Shown: positions 40,768 through 54,165 of the stretch, one piece after another | Position numbering within the stretch: the stretch's first letter is position 1 | How the letters are laid out: the number at the start of each line of letters is the position of its first letter | Assembly (NCBI RefSeq): GCF_009914755.1 | Contig: NC_060932.1 | Reading direction: 5' to 3' (one strand) | Length of the DNA stretch: 64,000 nt | Source: the human T2T-CHM13v2.0 reference genome, Homo sapiens | Made by a program: the position numbers and the translations under genes | The notes under the pieces: generated by a model | What the model was told of the DNA's origin: nothing | The model's database searches: none | What the model saw: the letters and a program-made list of their open reading frames with translations, nothing else

Positions 40768-41090
40768 TGTGCTGTCCAACACAGCATCTGCTAGCCAGAA
40801 GTGACTACTGAGCACTTGAAGTGAGTCTAGTCAAAGTTAAGATGGGAGCCAAGCATAAAATATGCATTAGGTTTCATAGTCTCATTATGGAGAAAATGAT
40901 ACAAATGATCTCAATTATTTTATATTCATTATAGACTGAAATAACATTTTAGATATGTTGAGTTAAAATATATTATTAAAATTAAGTTTACCTATTTATT
41001 TCCGTGTTTTTAATGTGGCTTCTAGAAAATGTAAAGTTACATATGTGGCTCATATTTGTGGTTCACATTATAGTTCTATTGGACTGTCCA
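40768..41090. mobile_element. MER33/MER3-like hAT element
   Basis: ctgtgctgtccaa ... ttctattggactg termini; gagcacttgaa motif. Confidence 0.65.
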
Positions 41091-41362
41091 TTGGTCTATG
41101 CCATTCCCCCTAGGGGTCATCCAGCTTATGCTAGGACACCTCTGAAGACAGGAGCTATGTCCTTGGCTCAGGCAAACAGTAGCAACTGAAGTCTCGGTGG
41201 GTGATTAGGGTGAGTTACCTAACTTCTTCCCAAGGCCAAGTAGCAGCCTCATGCTTCTGACTGGCATTTCCCAAGCTTTGGTCTCTTCCTCCTTGAATGA
41301 GTGATTAAATTAGAATTCAGGAAATACATGCTAATGTAACATGAAAAATATTTTCGTCTTCT

Positions 41363-41662
<300 letters not shown>

Positions 41663-42256
41663 GCCTTACATACACAAGTGAAACCACACTGTAAAAACTG
41701 TGAAAGAGTTAAGTGGTAGCCTCAGAAGAAAATTTAATAAAAAGAAGAAAAGCACTTTAAAGAAAAGAGATTAGTTAGGAAAGACTGAATGGAAGCAAGA
41801 GGAGAAAGCAACAAAAAATTGAAAGCATGAATGTTTTCTTCTTTTTGCTAATGATTTAGGGAAATCATTTACCAAGCCTACCTAAGGAGTTAAACCACTT
41901 TCCTAATACTATAACCTCAGGAAACATCTAATCCCTAATTTGACATAAATGTAACCTCTCAGAGTATATCAAATCCATTTGCATAAACATAAAGGCTTGC
42001 TTGGCAGCTCATGAACTCACTGTTCTTCTGCATGAAAGAAAGATTACATTTTAATAGAAGTGCTGAGATTTTCCATAAAAGTAACTTCAGGGAGCTTTAG
42101 AAGCTGAAATACTCTTTATATTACAATACATCTGCCTCGGGTCGTTAATTTATTATATGTTATTTTCATAGCCTCAAAGAATTATACAGCTCTCTGAAAT
42201 GAAATGTTAATTTTTTCTTTCTCATAATCGATTTATACACCTAGTACCCCAAATAC

Positions 42257-42343
42257 AAGGAGGGAAGGAAGGAAGGAAGGAAGGGATGGAGGGAGGGAGG
42301 GAGGGAGGGAGGGAGGGAGGGAGGAAGGAAAAGAGAAAGAAAG

Positions 42344-42405
<62 letters not shown>

Positions 42406-42942
42406 GAAGGAGGGAGGGAGGGAGGGAGGGAGGGAAGGAAGGCACGAAGGAAGGAAGGGAGGGAGGGAAACAGAGAAGGAAGGATGGAAGGAAGGGAGGG
42501 AGAGAGGGAAGGAGGAAGGAAGGAAAGGAAAGAAAGAGAAGAAAGGAAAGAGAAAAGGAAGGACAGAAGGGAGGAAGGAAAGAAAGAGAAAGAAAGAACG
42601 AGAGAGAGAGATAAGGAAGGAAGGGAGGAAGGAAGGAAGGGAGGGAGTGAGGAAGGAAGGAAGGAAAGAAGGAAGGAAAGAAAGCAAGCAGGCAAGAAAG
42701 AAAGAAAGAGGGAAAGAGAGATAAGGAAGGGAGGAAGGAAGGAAAAAAGGGAAGAAAGGAAAGAGAAAGGAAGGAAGGAAAGAAAAGAAAAGAGGAAAGA
42801 AAGAGGGAGGGAGGGAAGAGGAAAGAAAGGTAGAAGGAAAGAAAGGAAGAAAGCAAGCAAGAGAAAGAAAGAAAGAAAGAAAAAGAAAGAAAGAAAAGGA
42901 AGGAAGGAAGGAAGGGACAAGACAGGACAAGACATGAAAGAA
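42257..42942 (+). repeat. Compound GA-rich microsatellite ((GGAA)n, (GGGA)n, (GAAA)15)
   Basis: About 690 bp almost entirely purine on +; pure (GAAA)15 at 42345-42404. Confidence 0.97.
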
Positions 42943-43386
42943 GTCATATAAGGAAAATAAAATACTTCTGGGAAACCTACATTCTTGATATTTAATTAGC
43001 CTTTAATGCAATTTCTCTCCTTCCGTTTTTTAGACAGTAGAAGAGATTTTATGCCTCACCTTAACAAATGAGTTTTAAAAGTAAACTTAAAACATAATAT
43101 TGAAACTGCACAAATCTTATGCAGCGTATGACCCAATAAAGTTTCAAATTTAACCCAACTGTGTAACCAGCATTCATATAAAAAAATAGAACATTCTCAG
43201 CTCCTCAGAAGCCCTCGGCACACCCTGCAGAATCACTAACTTACTCCAAAAGTATTCACTGTTCTGACTGCTAGATTAGTTTTAACTATTTCTGAATTTT
43301 ACGGGAGTGCTCTTCTTCCACCCACCATTTGTTTTGTGGAATACATTCATGTTGTGCATATAACAAATTTCTCCTGTAAATAATGA

Positions 43387-43758
<372 letters not shown>

Positions 43759-43922
43759 TAAATTTCAATTTTTGGTGCAATGACTTATAGTTGCAAAAGC
43801 AGCCATAGACAATCCATTAATAAATGAGCATGGCTGTGTTCCATTAGAACTTTATTTACAAAAAGCAGTAGTGGTCCAGGTTTGGTCCACTGATAAGCCC
43901 TATACCATAATCAATTCTATAT

Positions 43923-44079
43923 GCACGTGCCACCGCATCTGGCTAATTTTTGTAGTTTTAGTAGACATGGGGTTTCGCCATGTTGGCCAAGCTGGTCTTG
44001 AACTCCTGATGTCAGGTGATCTGCCCTCCTTGGCCTCCCAAAGTGCTGGGATTGCAGGTGTGAGCCTCCATGCCCAGCC
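43923..44079 (-). mobile_element. Partial Alu (left arm plus start of right arm)
   Basis: Reverse Alu lacking its 3' end and tail. Confidence 0.85.
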
Positions 44080-44115
44080 TGCTTTTCTAAAAAAAAAAAA
44101 AAAAAAAAAAATTCT

Positions 44116-44180
44116 GGCCTGGCACGGTGGTTCATGCCTGTAATCCCAGCACTTTGGGAGCCTAAGGTGGGTGGATCACC
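44116..44180 (+). mobile_element. Alu 5' fragment (65 bp)
   Basis: ggcctggcacggtgg...ggatcacc, then an abrupt end. Confidence 0.85.
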
Positions 44181-44769
44181 ATGTGTGCTGTGTTCACTGC
44201 TCCACCCCTGCATTCTAGAACAGTGGCTGGCATGGCAGGTGATGGATAAATCTTCTCTTATGTGAACATATCAAGATATAAATGTGCCTCTTCTGTTCCA
44301 GTGCAGGCTTGGGCAGCCCACATCATCCGCTAGATTCTTTCGTGGGCAGCATCACAGAGCAAATGACATACTGAGTGCCCTGGCTCTGTCCCCACTGACC
44401 ATGAATGTGGAAGTCATCTGACCACCTCCCTGGGCTCCAGATTGCTCATGTTTAAAATAAGTGGTTTGGATGGATGGTTTTTGTGTTTTTAATTTTACTG
44501 CAGCCTGCAGCTTTTTTATGCAGAGATTTGGCTCATAAAACTGATAAAAGTGGAGCTGTTCAGACTCAACTGAGGGAAGACACCAGAGTATGACTCTTTG
44601 TCTACTTCTGTAACCACCCCACCACAACCCCCTACAACCTACAACCTTCAGCAGTGAGTCTGGCATCTCTACGAAATCTCTGGGTATCTGCAAGGCAGAG
44701 TTTAAAAACAACTCAACTGGCTAATCTTTAAGGCGACTTCCAGTTTTAAGATTCCAGTAGCAGATTTTT

Positions 44770-45010
44770 TTTTCTTTTTCTTTTTTTGAGACAGGGTCTT
44801 GCTCTGTCGCTCATGCTGGAGTGTAGCGGTGTAATCATGGCTTACTGCAGCAGCCTCGAATTCCTGGGCTCAATCAATCCTCCTGCCTCAGCTCTCTGAG
44901 TAGCTGGGACTATGGGTGTACATCACCATGCCTGGCTAATTTTTTATTTTTTGTAGAGATGGGGTCTCCCTATGTTGCTTACGTTGGTCTCAAACTCCTG
45001 GGCTCAAGCT
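44770..45010 (-). mobile_element. 5'-truncated Alu (AluJ-like)
   Basis: TSD agtagcagattttt at 44756 and 45011. Confidence 0.88.
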
Positions 45011-45439
45011 AGTAGCAGATTTTTTAAAGGGAGTGGCAAAAGATGAGGCCAGAGAGGTAGGCAGGGAAAGGGCTGTGGGTCAATTGAATGCAAAGCCACT
45101 AAAAGGTTCGAATCAGGGAGATGACTAATCTGATTTAGTTTTAGGAAATGGTTCTAGTTAAACTTGATGGGTGGATATATGCATAAATCCTTCATTACTG
45201 GCCTGCCTGTAAATTGGCAAAGAATAGGTAGATACAGACATAGAACTAGGCTGAGGTACAGATAGAGATAGAGATAGAGACAGAGATAGATTTAGAGATA
45301 TAATCCCACAAGAGCAAAGAAAAAGGGCAAGAGCGCATAGCAATGGACATGAGATTTAAATAGATCTACTGAAGATAGGTGTGGATAGAAACGTGGTGGG
45401 AATTCTCTTAGATGAATAAAAAGGGCTACAACTTGATCT

Positions 45440-47455
45440 ATAAATAAGTATGCAGAGAGTAGTTAGCTTATGTGTTTTATAGACCCGTGAAAATCTTAGG
45501 ATTTGAGACCCAGGTACCAAGAAGGTAAGGTGAGGTTCTGACCAAAAATGAAGGGCTGATTGAAAGTTTGTTTATGAATAGTTACATCCTAGATACCGTC
45601 CAAACCCACCTCTACCTTGCAGGAGGCAGGAAGACTTTGTAAAGATCACTAGCGAGGCTCTCAAATAAGGAAAAACCAGATACGGTAAGGAAAAAGGTGG
45701 GGCAAAATCTCAAAATAATAGGAGCCAATGAAAATTTTCATATTGCACTGGTGAGAGTTTCCAAACCTCTTTTCCTGTCCTTATCCACAAATGACAGCTG
45801 CCTACCACATGTCAGAAACTGATGAGTTTGCATCCAGAGAAATTGAATGACCAAGAGAAAAGGTTAAACATTAAACATTTAGGAATTCTCCAAAGAAACT
45901 GACTCTCACTGCCTAGTGACCTTGAAGTGAAATTCAAAAGTTAGTAAGCCTGACGAATGCAAGACTCAGAAGAAAACATTTTAAAAAACTACTATGACAT
46001 CCTCAAATAAATGTGTGAAGATATTGCATCTATATATTATGAATAGCATGCAATTAAATAGAAACTTGAGGAGAATAAATAGAGCTCCTGGAAATTAAAA
46101 ATGTATATGGTAGCCAAAGTTTTAAAAAAGGTAGAAGAATTAAAAGATAAAGACATAGCACATTCCCAGACAAACAAACAAAAGGATAAAAAATGGAAAA
46201 CAGGAATTAGAAAAAGAGAACATTAGAAGATCAGTATAAGAGGTCTAACATAACATCCATGGGAATTATGAAAAGGAAGTACACGGGAAATGTAGGGAGA
46301 AAATTAATAAAAGAATACAAGAACATTTCCCAGGATGGAATAGCGTGAGTCCTCGGATCAAAAGAACCCACCAAGTGCTCAACAGAATAGACCCAACACA
46401 AAGAAAATCAAACTGACATTTCAGAACATGAGAAGAGAGGTGCTAAGCACATCCAAAGAAGAAGAAAAAAATCCTTTTGAAGCAACAGGAAACAGAAAGC
46501 CATTGACTATAGTATCACGAATAGAAGAAAAATGGTAGCGTTTCTTCAAAATCCTGGGGAGATTTTTTTCAACTAGTGATTGTACGGCCAGCAAAATGTC
46601 AATCAATTGTAATGGTGGAATAATTACATATTCATTCTTACAAGGACTCAAAGAAACTCACATCTCATGTCTCACTTTTTTAGAAGTTGTGAGAGGATAT
46701 ACTTCAAAGAAGACAAAAACGTGGTTCAGGAGGGAACTGCAGGAAGGTGGTCAAGAGGGGTCCCAAGATGACAGATAACTGAGTTGGCCCAAGAGCAACA
46801 GGTCCCGATTTGAGCAGGTAGAGGGAAGGTTCCAGAAGGAGAGAGGTCTCCAGGCAATAATGGAAATAACATAATATCTTCTATCATTGATAGAATATCT
46901 TTTTCTATCAATGCTAAAATATCTTTTCTCCAAATATATGTATTTGGAGAAAAACTACTAACAGGACTATGATACAGCCAATGGGAAACATTAATATGAC
47001 GTTAACAGGAAATTACACAAGGGAGAAGAAAGAGGCAATTCAGGAAAAGCAAAGGGTAAAAGAAAGGTAATAAATAAATTCTGTAATGTCACAACGTGGT
47101 CATATAAGCCCTGGCTGGCTTTAAATACAAGTTAAAGTGAATATTTAATTTGATGGGAGTAGGGGAAAAGGAAAACTATATAGTCATTTATAATAACATG
47201 AAATCAAGAGATAATGTCTACAATTTATAGTTCAAAAGCAGCAGTCTAAGTTTATTACCAAAATGATGTATAAAGCTAAATGTAACAAAACACAGTTAAA
47301 AACGTTAAAAGAGATAATCTCTGGAGAGCAGGAGATGGGAAGGGGAGGAAAAGACTGTGATACGGTATAGCCCACGTTTTTTGGCCATGTGTTACTTAGT
47401 TATACTTGATTTTAAAATATGCTCTATGCTTTACTTTTTAAAGTTTAAATTAAAT
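45440..47455 (+). mobile_element. Ancient L1 ORF1-related element (HAL1 or L1M 5' part)
   Basis: A-rich ORF1-like blocks (gagctcctggaaattaaaaat; gaacatttcccagga) followed directly by a 3'-end-like tail without visible ORF2. Confidence 0.45.
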
Positions 47456-47522
47456 ACATTTATATGTATTTTAAATTATTCCTTACGCGCTCTAAGGAAA
47501 GAAATGAAGTTTTATGTGAACA

Positions 47523-47538
47523 CCAGCAGGTGGCACCA
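47523..47538 (+). promoter_or_regulatory. CTCF core motif
   Basis: CCAGCAGGTGGCACCA matches CCASYAGRKGGCRSYR at every position. Confidence 0.6.
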
Positions 47539-48430
47539 TTTTCTACCTCTCAGAGGGAAAATGCTTCCTCTTCTTTTTCCAAACTCACCTGACTGATTAC
47601 ATTGAATTGTGTAGCCTTTCCTCACAAGAAAGAGAAGCTCTAACTGATCAATCTTTACTGAGAAAATTATTTGTTTCTCTAGATTTTAGGCAACCATAAA
47701 CTTTCTATACTGACTACGCTGAACTGAAATAATCAAATTATCCGCTACAGTACATTTTCACTGATATTTTGCTTTTGTAAAGCAGAGATGAATTCAGTAA
47801 GCTCTTCCTGCTTTCATAAATACTTGCCTTCAAGGAAAACCAGCACATTTGTACAGACACACCCTGTTTACTTACCGACTTAACCTGACTTCATTACAAA
47901 GTACCAATGTTGGAAGACAGAAATGCTATTGGTTATGACAACACAATTTGGACTCTAAGTTGATGCTGATTATAAGGAGTACGATTATGAGGACTGAATC
48001 GGTTTTACCTAATTTCATCCCCACTAGCTCTACATGATACTGAAGCTAGATCTTGAAGCAATAAAAAAGACTGATCAACTGAGCAGTGGTTTCTGAATGC
48101 CTCTCATCTATACTTGCCTCATCAATGCCTGTCCTTTCTGACCCCTGCAATTTGCTCACTTCCTCACCCGGCTCCCTCTGCCAACTTGCTCTGCCACCTG
48201 GACTTCATGTTCAGCTCACCTGTCATCCACTCCCTGACAGCTGTCTCTCCTTTCCTCTAATGCACCCACTCACATCACTCTCTCTGCCTCACCTACTCTT
48301 TGCTCCATTTAGCAAACAACATTTTTTCCAACATTGTCTATTTCTGCTGTGAACTATCTGATGCTTTTTCTTCCAGTCCATTTTTTTTTTTTCTCTGCAT
48401 TGGTAATTGTGTGTCTTGGTCTCTTTCTGT

Positions 48431-48454
48431 GGGTTAGGGTCAGGGTCAGGGTCA
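48431..48454 (+). repeat. Short telomere-variant repeat GGGTTA(GGGTCA)3
   Basis: Read directly; four G3 tracts with 3-nt loops. Confidence 0.85.
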
Positions 48455-48654
48455 GAGGCAGAGTTTTCCATATTTCTTTCCGGTGGCCACCCCTCTCAGC
48501 CATACTTTGCATTCTTTCTTTCATTGCCTGGGGCATTCTCATGGATTCAGTGACATTTCAGCTGTCAATACTGTGAAAACAGTGAACCACCTAGACAAAG
48601 GAAAATCACCATGGTGCTTACAATAAGCATTTGGTGAGTATAGAAACTAAAGAA

Positions 48655-48958
48655 GGCCAGGCAGGGTGGCTCACGCCTGTAATCCCAGCACTTTGGGAAG
48701 CTGAGGCAGGAGGACTGCTTGAGCCCAGGAGTTTGAGACCAGCCTGGGCAACATAACAAGATCCCATCTCTACAAAAAATACAAAAAAAAAAAAAAAAAT
48801 TAGCTGGGCATAGTGGTGAGCGCATGAAGTCCCAGCTACTCAAGAGGCTGAGGCGGGAGGATCAGCTGAGCCTAGGAGGTTGAGGCTGCAGTGAGCCATG
48901 ATCACGACTCTGCATGACAGAGTGAGACCCTGTCTCAAAATAAACAAGCAAACAAACA
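48655..48958 (+). mobile_element. Alu (AluJ-like)
   Basis: Full Alu with expanded central A tract and a small right-arm deletion. Confidence 0.9.
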
Positions 48959-49807
48959 TAACTTAAAAAAATAGCTGATACTGAGTAACTTGGTATTGGT
49001 TAATGGCAGAGGTATTTTTGCCTCTGTTTTAAAAATGAGATGTGTAAATGACGAGATCTGGGCTAAATATGGACCAGCTGGGATTAGAATTAGAACGAAC
49101 AGGGAAGTATGAGACAGGTGACCTCGCTGCCAGCTCCACTCCTCACAGATGGGTGACCCCAAGGCTCTTTTAACCTCGGCTTCTCAGGACTCAAAAGAGA
49201 CATGGTAATATACATTTCTGAAGCCACATTCCTTGGACCAGGGGAAATATTGATTTCCTGTCTGTTTTTAAGATTTGTAATTTTAACATGTGGCTTTTAC
49301 AATTCCCTTAAATTGGCACACAATAAAGAGCTTCTGGAAAAAAAGGGAACTTATTTACTCAGTGATTAAAGGATCATTATATATAAATATAAGGATATCC
49401 TTTGTCCCAGTAGAGGAAATTGGGGGAATTTGGCTCCATGATATGGTGATAAGAAATAGAACTTTGTGCTTTCTGAGACAATGACCCAGGCATTGACTCA
49501 GATCTGCACATAGAACTCACCTGTTTCCAAAAGTGGGTCTGGTCCATAGAGCTGTTTGGAATCATTCCATTTCTTCCACAGTCACTGGGTGGGATTATGA
49601 AATCTCTCCCTTAATGTGTGTATGTTTATTCACTCGAAAACACTTGTACTCATGAATAAATGTGTGTGCAGGAATTTTGCTCACTTCTGGTTATTTCTTG
49701 AGACATGGAACAAAGAGACATGGACTTGCTTTCCATGAAGCAGAGAGAGCAGAGAGGAGCTTTAGAAACTGGCATTAAGAGGCTTAAAAACTGGAAATGG
49801 GGAAAGA

Positions 49808-50177
49808 TATATTAGTCCATTTTCACACTGCTGTATACTACCCAAGACTGGGTAATTTATAAATAAAAGAGGTTTAATTGACTCACACTCCACATGGCTG
49901 AAGAGGCCTCAGGAAACTTACAATCATGGCGGAAGGTGAAGGGAAAGCAAGGCAAGTCTTGCATGGCGGCAGGAGACAGAGAGAAGGGGGAAGTGCCAGA
50001 CACTTATCAAACAGCCAGATCTCATGAGAACTCACTCACTATCATGAGAACAGCATGAAAGAAACTGCCCCATGATCCAATCACCTCCCACCAGGTCCTT
50101 CCCTCCACACGTGGGGATTACAATTTGGATTACAATTCGAGATGAGATTTGGGTGGGGACACAGCCAAACCATATCA
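49808..50177 (-). mobile_element. THE1D/MSTA-like solo LTR
   Basis: attagtccattttcacactgct ... gagatttgggtggggacacagccaaaccatatca. Confidence 0.9.
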
Positions 50178-50633
50178 AGGGGTTTCTCTCCTTGACATCT
50201 AACACAACACAAGTTGCCACACCAGCCAGGTCTGCTCAATTGTGTTTTCTCCTTTTTTTCCCTTTGACTCAATAAAATTAAGTATTAAAAAAAAAAAAAC
50301 TGGTCTTGGTAACACCCGTATTATGTATTATGTGGACTAAAATAAAGTTGACATATATTCTTACTTTCCACACGTGCTTGTGAAGCACCACATGTGCAAG
50401 GCATTGCTCTCGGTGTTAGGGATACAGCAGTGATACAGGCAGGCAGAATAACTCAGCAGGAGCTTGCATTCTGGGAAGGGGAGATAATCAATCAATCTAT
50501 CATTCAGTCAGTCAGTCAATCAATCAGTAACTAGCAAGAAAAATTTCAGATAGTGGTGAGTGAGTACAGATATGTAATGACTAGACTGGACAGCTACTTT
50601 ATGTGTTTAAGTAGACATTTTAGGCTGAGATTG

Positions 50634-51063
50634 TGTGAAAGGAGAATATCTTGGGCCCCCAAAATCACTAAGCTAACAGGAAAATTCAAGCTGGGAACTG
50701 CTCAAGGCAAGTCTGCCCCCCATTTCTATTCAAAGTCACTCTGCTCACTGAGACAGATGCATATGCTGATCTGGAAAGGCTTCTCAGAAACTCAAAGAAT
50801 GCAACCTACCGGTGATCTGGAAGTCCCTTCCCTGCTTCAAGTTGTCCCCGCCTTTCTGGATGGAACCAACGTACTTCTTACTTATATTGACTGATGTTTC
50901 ATGTCTCGCTAAAATGTGTGAAACCAAACTGTGCCCCGATCACCTTGGGTACATGTTGTCAGGACTTCCTGAGGCTGCGTCATGGGTGTGTGTGTGTCCT
51001 CAGCCTTGGCAAGAGAAACTTTCTAAATTAACTGAGACCGGTCTCAAATTTTCAGGTTTCACA
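50634..51063 (+). mobile_element. MER4A-like ERV1 solo LTR
   Basis: tgtgaaaggagaatatcttgggcccccaaaatcactaagc start; caccttgggtacatgttgtcaggac; ends ...ttcaca. Confidence 0.85.
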
Positions 51064-52284
51064 ACTGGAATAAGAATGATGATTATAATGATATTGGAGG
51101 AAGATGCATTCCAAGCATACTGAATTGATGGTACAAAGATGCACAACCAAACCTAGACCCTCAGTCAGGCCCCTATATCTGGAGCGAGCTCTCAAAAGGG
51201 GAGGGCAGTGGTGAAAGAGGGAGAAATCAGGCTGTGTCAGACTTAGTCACTCCACAAGTTTTGATGCTGGCATTTTTTATGTTTGTGCATACACAGGCAA
51301 AGATCTGTACATTACAAATGCTCTCTGGCCAACAGCAATGTAAGATACATCCCAATTTCATAGTTGCCAAAACATTTAAAAAAAGTATGCCTTTGAATTA
51401 ATAAAATATACTCCTTTAGATGTATTGCAGGAAGTTCTTTGTTGCAGAATGTTTGAAGTCATTTTAATGGAACTCTATTTTAAGCTGTCTTTGTTCAACC
51501 TTTTGTGAAGTGAACTATCACTTTCTTGTTTTCCTTTGTTATAAATCCAGGTACTTAGAATGAAGCTCAAATATAATGAGAATGCTAGCCCAGCATGGTG
51601 AATAGATTATTTTAAGAGTAATTGGAGCACCTAAAAAACCAAGTCTAAATTGTTGAAACTGAAATTGAAATCAAATTTAAGATAAGATGCTCAGAAAAGC
51701 TTACCAACCTCACTTTAGGGTACAAAGATAAAGCTTTATCAGAGACTTTATTAAGTCTTAGTTGCTATGTAAGTTCAATTACTCAAGATAAGATGTCTAA
51801 ATGCTTAGTATTAAGAGAAGTAACAGACTTACTGCTTTAAAAATAGGTGTAGATTAGGATGACTGACCTGGAACAAGAAGCTAGACTTGTCAGCAAGAAA
51901 TTTGGGGATCAGATTGTTTTGTCCATTCTTTTCCTATTCCCTTCCAACTTCAGAAGCCAGAGAGATATGCCACAAGTGAGGAAAAGCTAACAAGTTTCTA
52001 GATTACTCAAAATGAATTGTGGAGAGTTCGCAAACTTGAAAATACAGGTAATCAGCCCAATATCACCTTTCCCCAGCTATCCTGGTATTTAATTCTTTGT
52101 GAACAATGCTAAGCTTTGCATGATTTTGGTTTGCTAGTACACCATAACCCTGAAATCTATTTCTAGTTGAAAGCACTATATGTTTAAGTGTGAAATGAAC
52201 TTAGAGGGTAGAAACAGCCTTGTATTCTAGTTTGGTATAATACATAGAATAATGTGGCCCAAAAGGTGGGTGGAACATTTTGGG

Positions 52285-52830
52285 TGTACAGCTTATTTCG
52301 CCACCCAGGTAATAAGCATAGTGCCTGATAGGTAGCTTTTCAATCCTCACCATCTCCCACCTTTCACCCTCACGTAGGCCCCGGTGTCTGTTGTTCTCTT
52401 ATTTGTGTCCATATGTACTGAATGTTTAGCTCCCACTTATAAGTGAGAACATGTGGTATTTGTTTTTTTGTTCCGGTGTTAGTTTGCTTAGGATAATTGC
52501 CCCCAGCTCCATCCATGTTGCTGCAAAAAACATGACCTCATTCTTTTTTTATGGCTGTGTATTATTCCATGGTGTATAAGTACTACATTGCCTTAATCCA
52601 GTCCGCCATTGATGGGCATCTAGGTTGATTCCATGTCCTTGCCATTGTGAATAGTGCTGCAATGAACATATGCATGCCTGTGTGTTTATGGTAGAACGAT
52701 TTACATTCCTTTGGGTATACAGCCAGTAATGGGATTGCTTGCTGGGTCAAATGGTAATTCTGTTTCACATTCTTTAAGAAATTGCCAAATTGCTTTCCAC
52801 AGTGGCTGAACTAATTTGCATTCCCACCTT
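52285..52830 (-). mobile_element. L1PA/L1PB 3' region fragment
   Basis: gctcccacttataagtgagaacatg; ORF 52583..52768 is degenerate ORF2 C-terminus. Confidence 0.88.
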
Positions 52831-53299
52831 GAGTTCATTGGTTTAACACAGTGTTTCCTACAAGGCTGAAGCTCCAGGGGCAGTGGAGAGAGGCTGCACT
52901 GTCATCTCGGGGCTGGAGTGGCCACTCTGACCCTGACGTCCACATACTTGCCTCCTTTCAGTGAGACCCCTCTCCTCTCTGAGGCTCAGACCTGACTCTT
53001 TAGAATTTTTATTTCTTATTTATTTTTATTGCTATTTTATTTTAACCAGTCTATTCATTAGACTTTCACCTAATTCTATTTTCAACTACAGCTTTCTAGC
53101 ACATTCTGTGCAAACTCAGACTGATTTTGTATGTCCAGCCTTCAGCTAGAAAAAAAAAATCTTTCTGCATTTTTCCCCTGCTCCACTCTGGATACTTCCA
53201 CACTGTGCTGCAAGGATAGCTTTTGAGTGCCGGTAATTAAGTCCCCCTAACCTAAGTAGGGGTGGGGGTCTGAGCTGGGTGGAGCCAGCAGGTAGATGC

Positions 53300-54165
53300 T
53301 GTCATCTCACGGCTTTCGATGGATAATTCTGGATGGCATTCTGCATGCTTCTTAGGAGATCACAGGATCATCAAGCTCTCATTGCTCCCAACCACAACCT
53401 CCCATCAGGCATACTTATATTAGCTTTCCTCTTTCCCTCTTCACTCTCCACTCCCTTACTCCTGCTTCCTGAGATCACCTCCAGTATCAGAGTTTTATTG
53501 CTGCATTACAGATTACCACCTATTTATTACCTGTATCAGATGCATTACCTGTTCTGTAGGTCAGAGGTCTGACTGGGATTGACTGGGTTCTCAGGTTAGA
53601 ATAGTGCAAGGCTGAGATCAAGTCTCCACCAGGCTGGGCACTTCTCTGGAGGCTTTGGGGAAGAATCTGCGTCCAAGATTGTTCAGTTTGTTAGCAGAAT
53701 CCAGTTTCTTGCAGTGGTGGGACTGAGGTGCCTGCTTCCTGACTGTCAGCCAGGGGGTCATTCTCAGCTCCTTTCTGCCTGTCTCCCTCCATTTCCAAAG
53801 CCTGTCATGGCATGTCAGTTCCTTCCTGGGTTTTGAATCTGTCTTCCCCTTTTGCAATCAACTGGAGAAAACTTTCTGCTGTTAAAGGGCTCATTTCTTA
53901 GATTAGGCCTACCTAGACAATCTCCTTTTTGATTAACTCAAAGACAGCTGATTAGCAACTCAATCACATCTGCAAAGTCCCTTTGGCAATATAATGTTAA
54001 CATAATCCCCATCATGCTATCTCAACCATATTCACTGTTCCAGAAATTAGAATGGGAAATTTTGAAGGATAATCTTTAGAATTCTGCCACCGCACCTCCA
54101 AACTAACATACTTGTACTCAAACCCTTGCCTCAAGCTCTGCATTCAGGGGAACCCAAAATCAGAT
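53300..54165 (+). mobile_element. LTR16-like ERVL LTR split by an MLT1 insertion
   Basis: cttcctgagatcacctcc | cctccaaactaac...ctcaagctctgcattcaggggaaccc; start approximate. Confidence 0.55.
53483..54094 (-). mobile_element. MLT1 (F/G-like) MaLR LTR
   Basis: ggaagaatctgcgtccaag...gaatccagtttcttgcag; 5-bp TSD cctcc. Confidence 0.72.

Noticed and set aside
42222-42951. Four long ORFs (207-241 aa) on both strands
   Set aside because: They are translations of the GA/CT microsatellite, which lacks stop codons by composition
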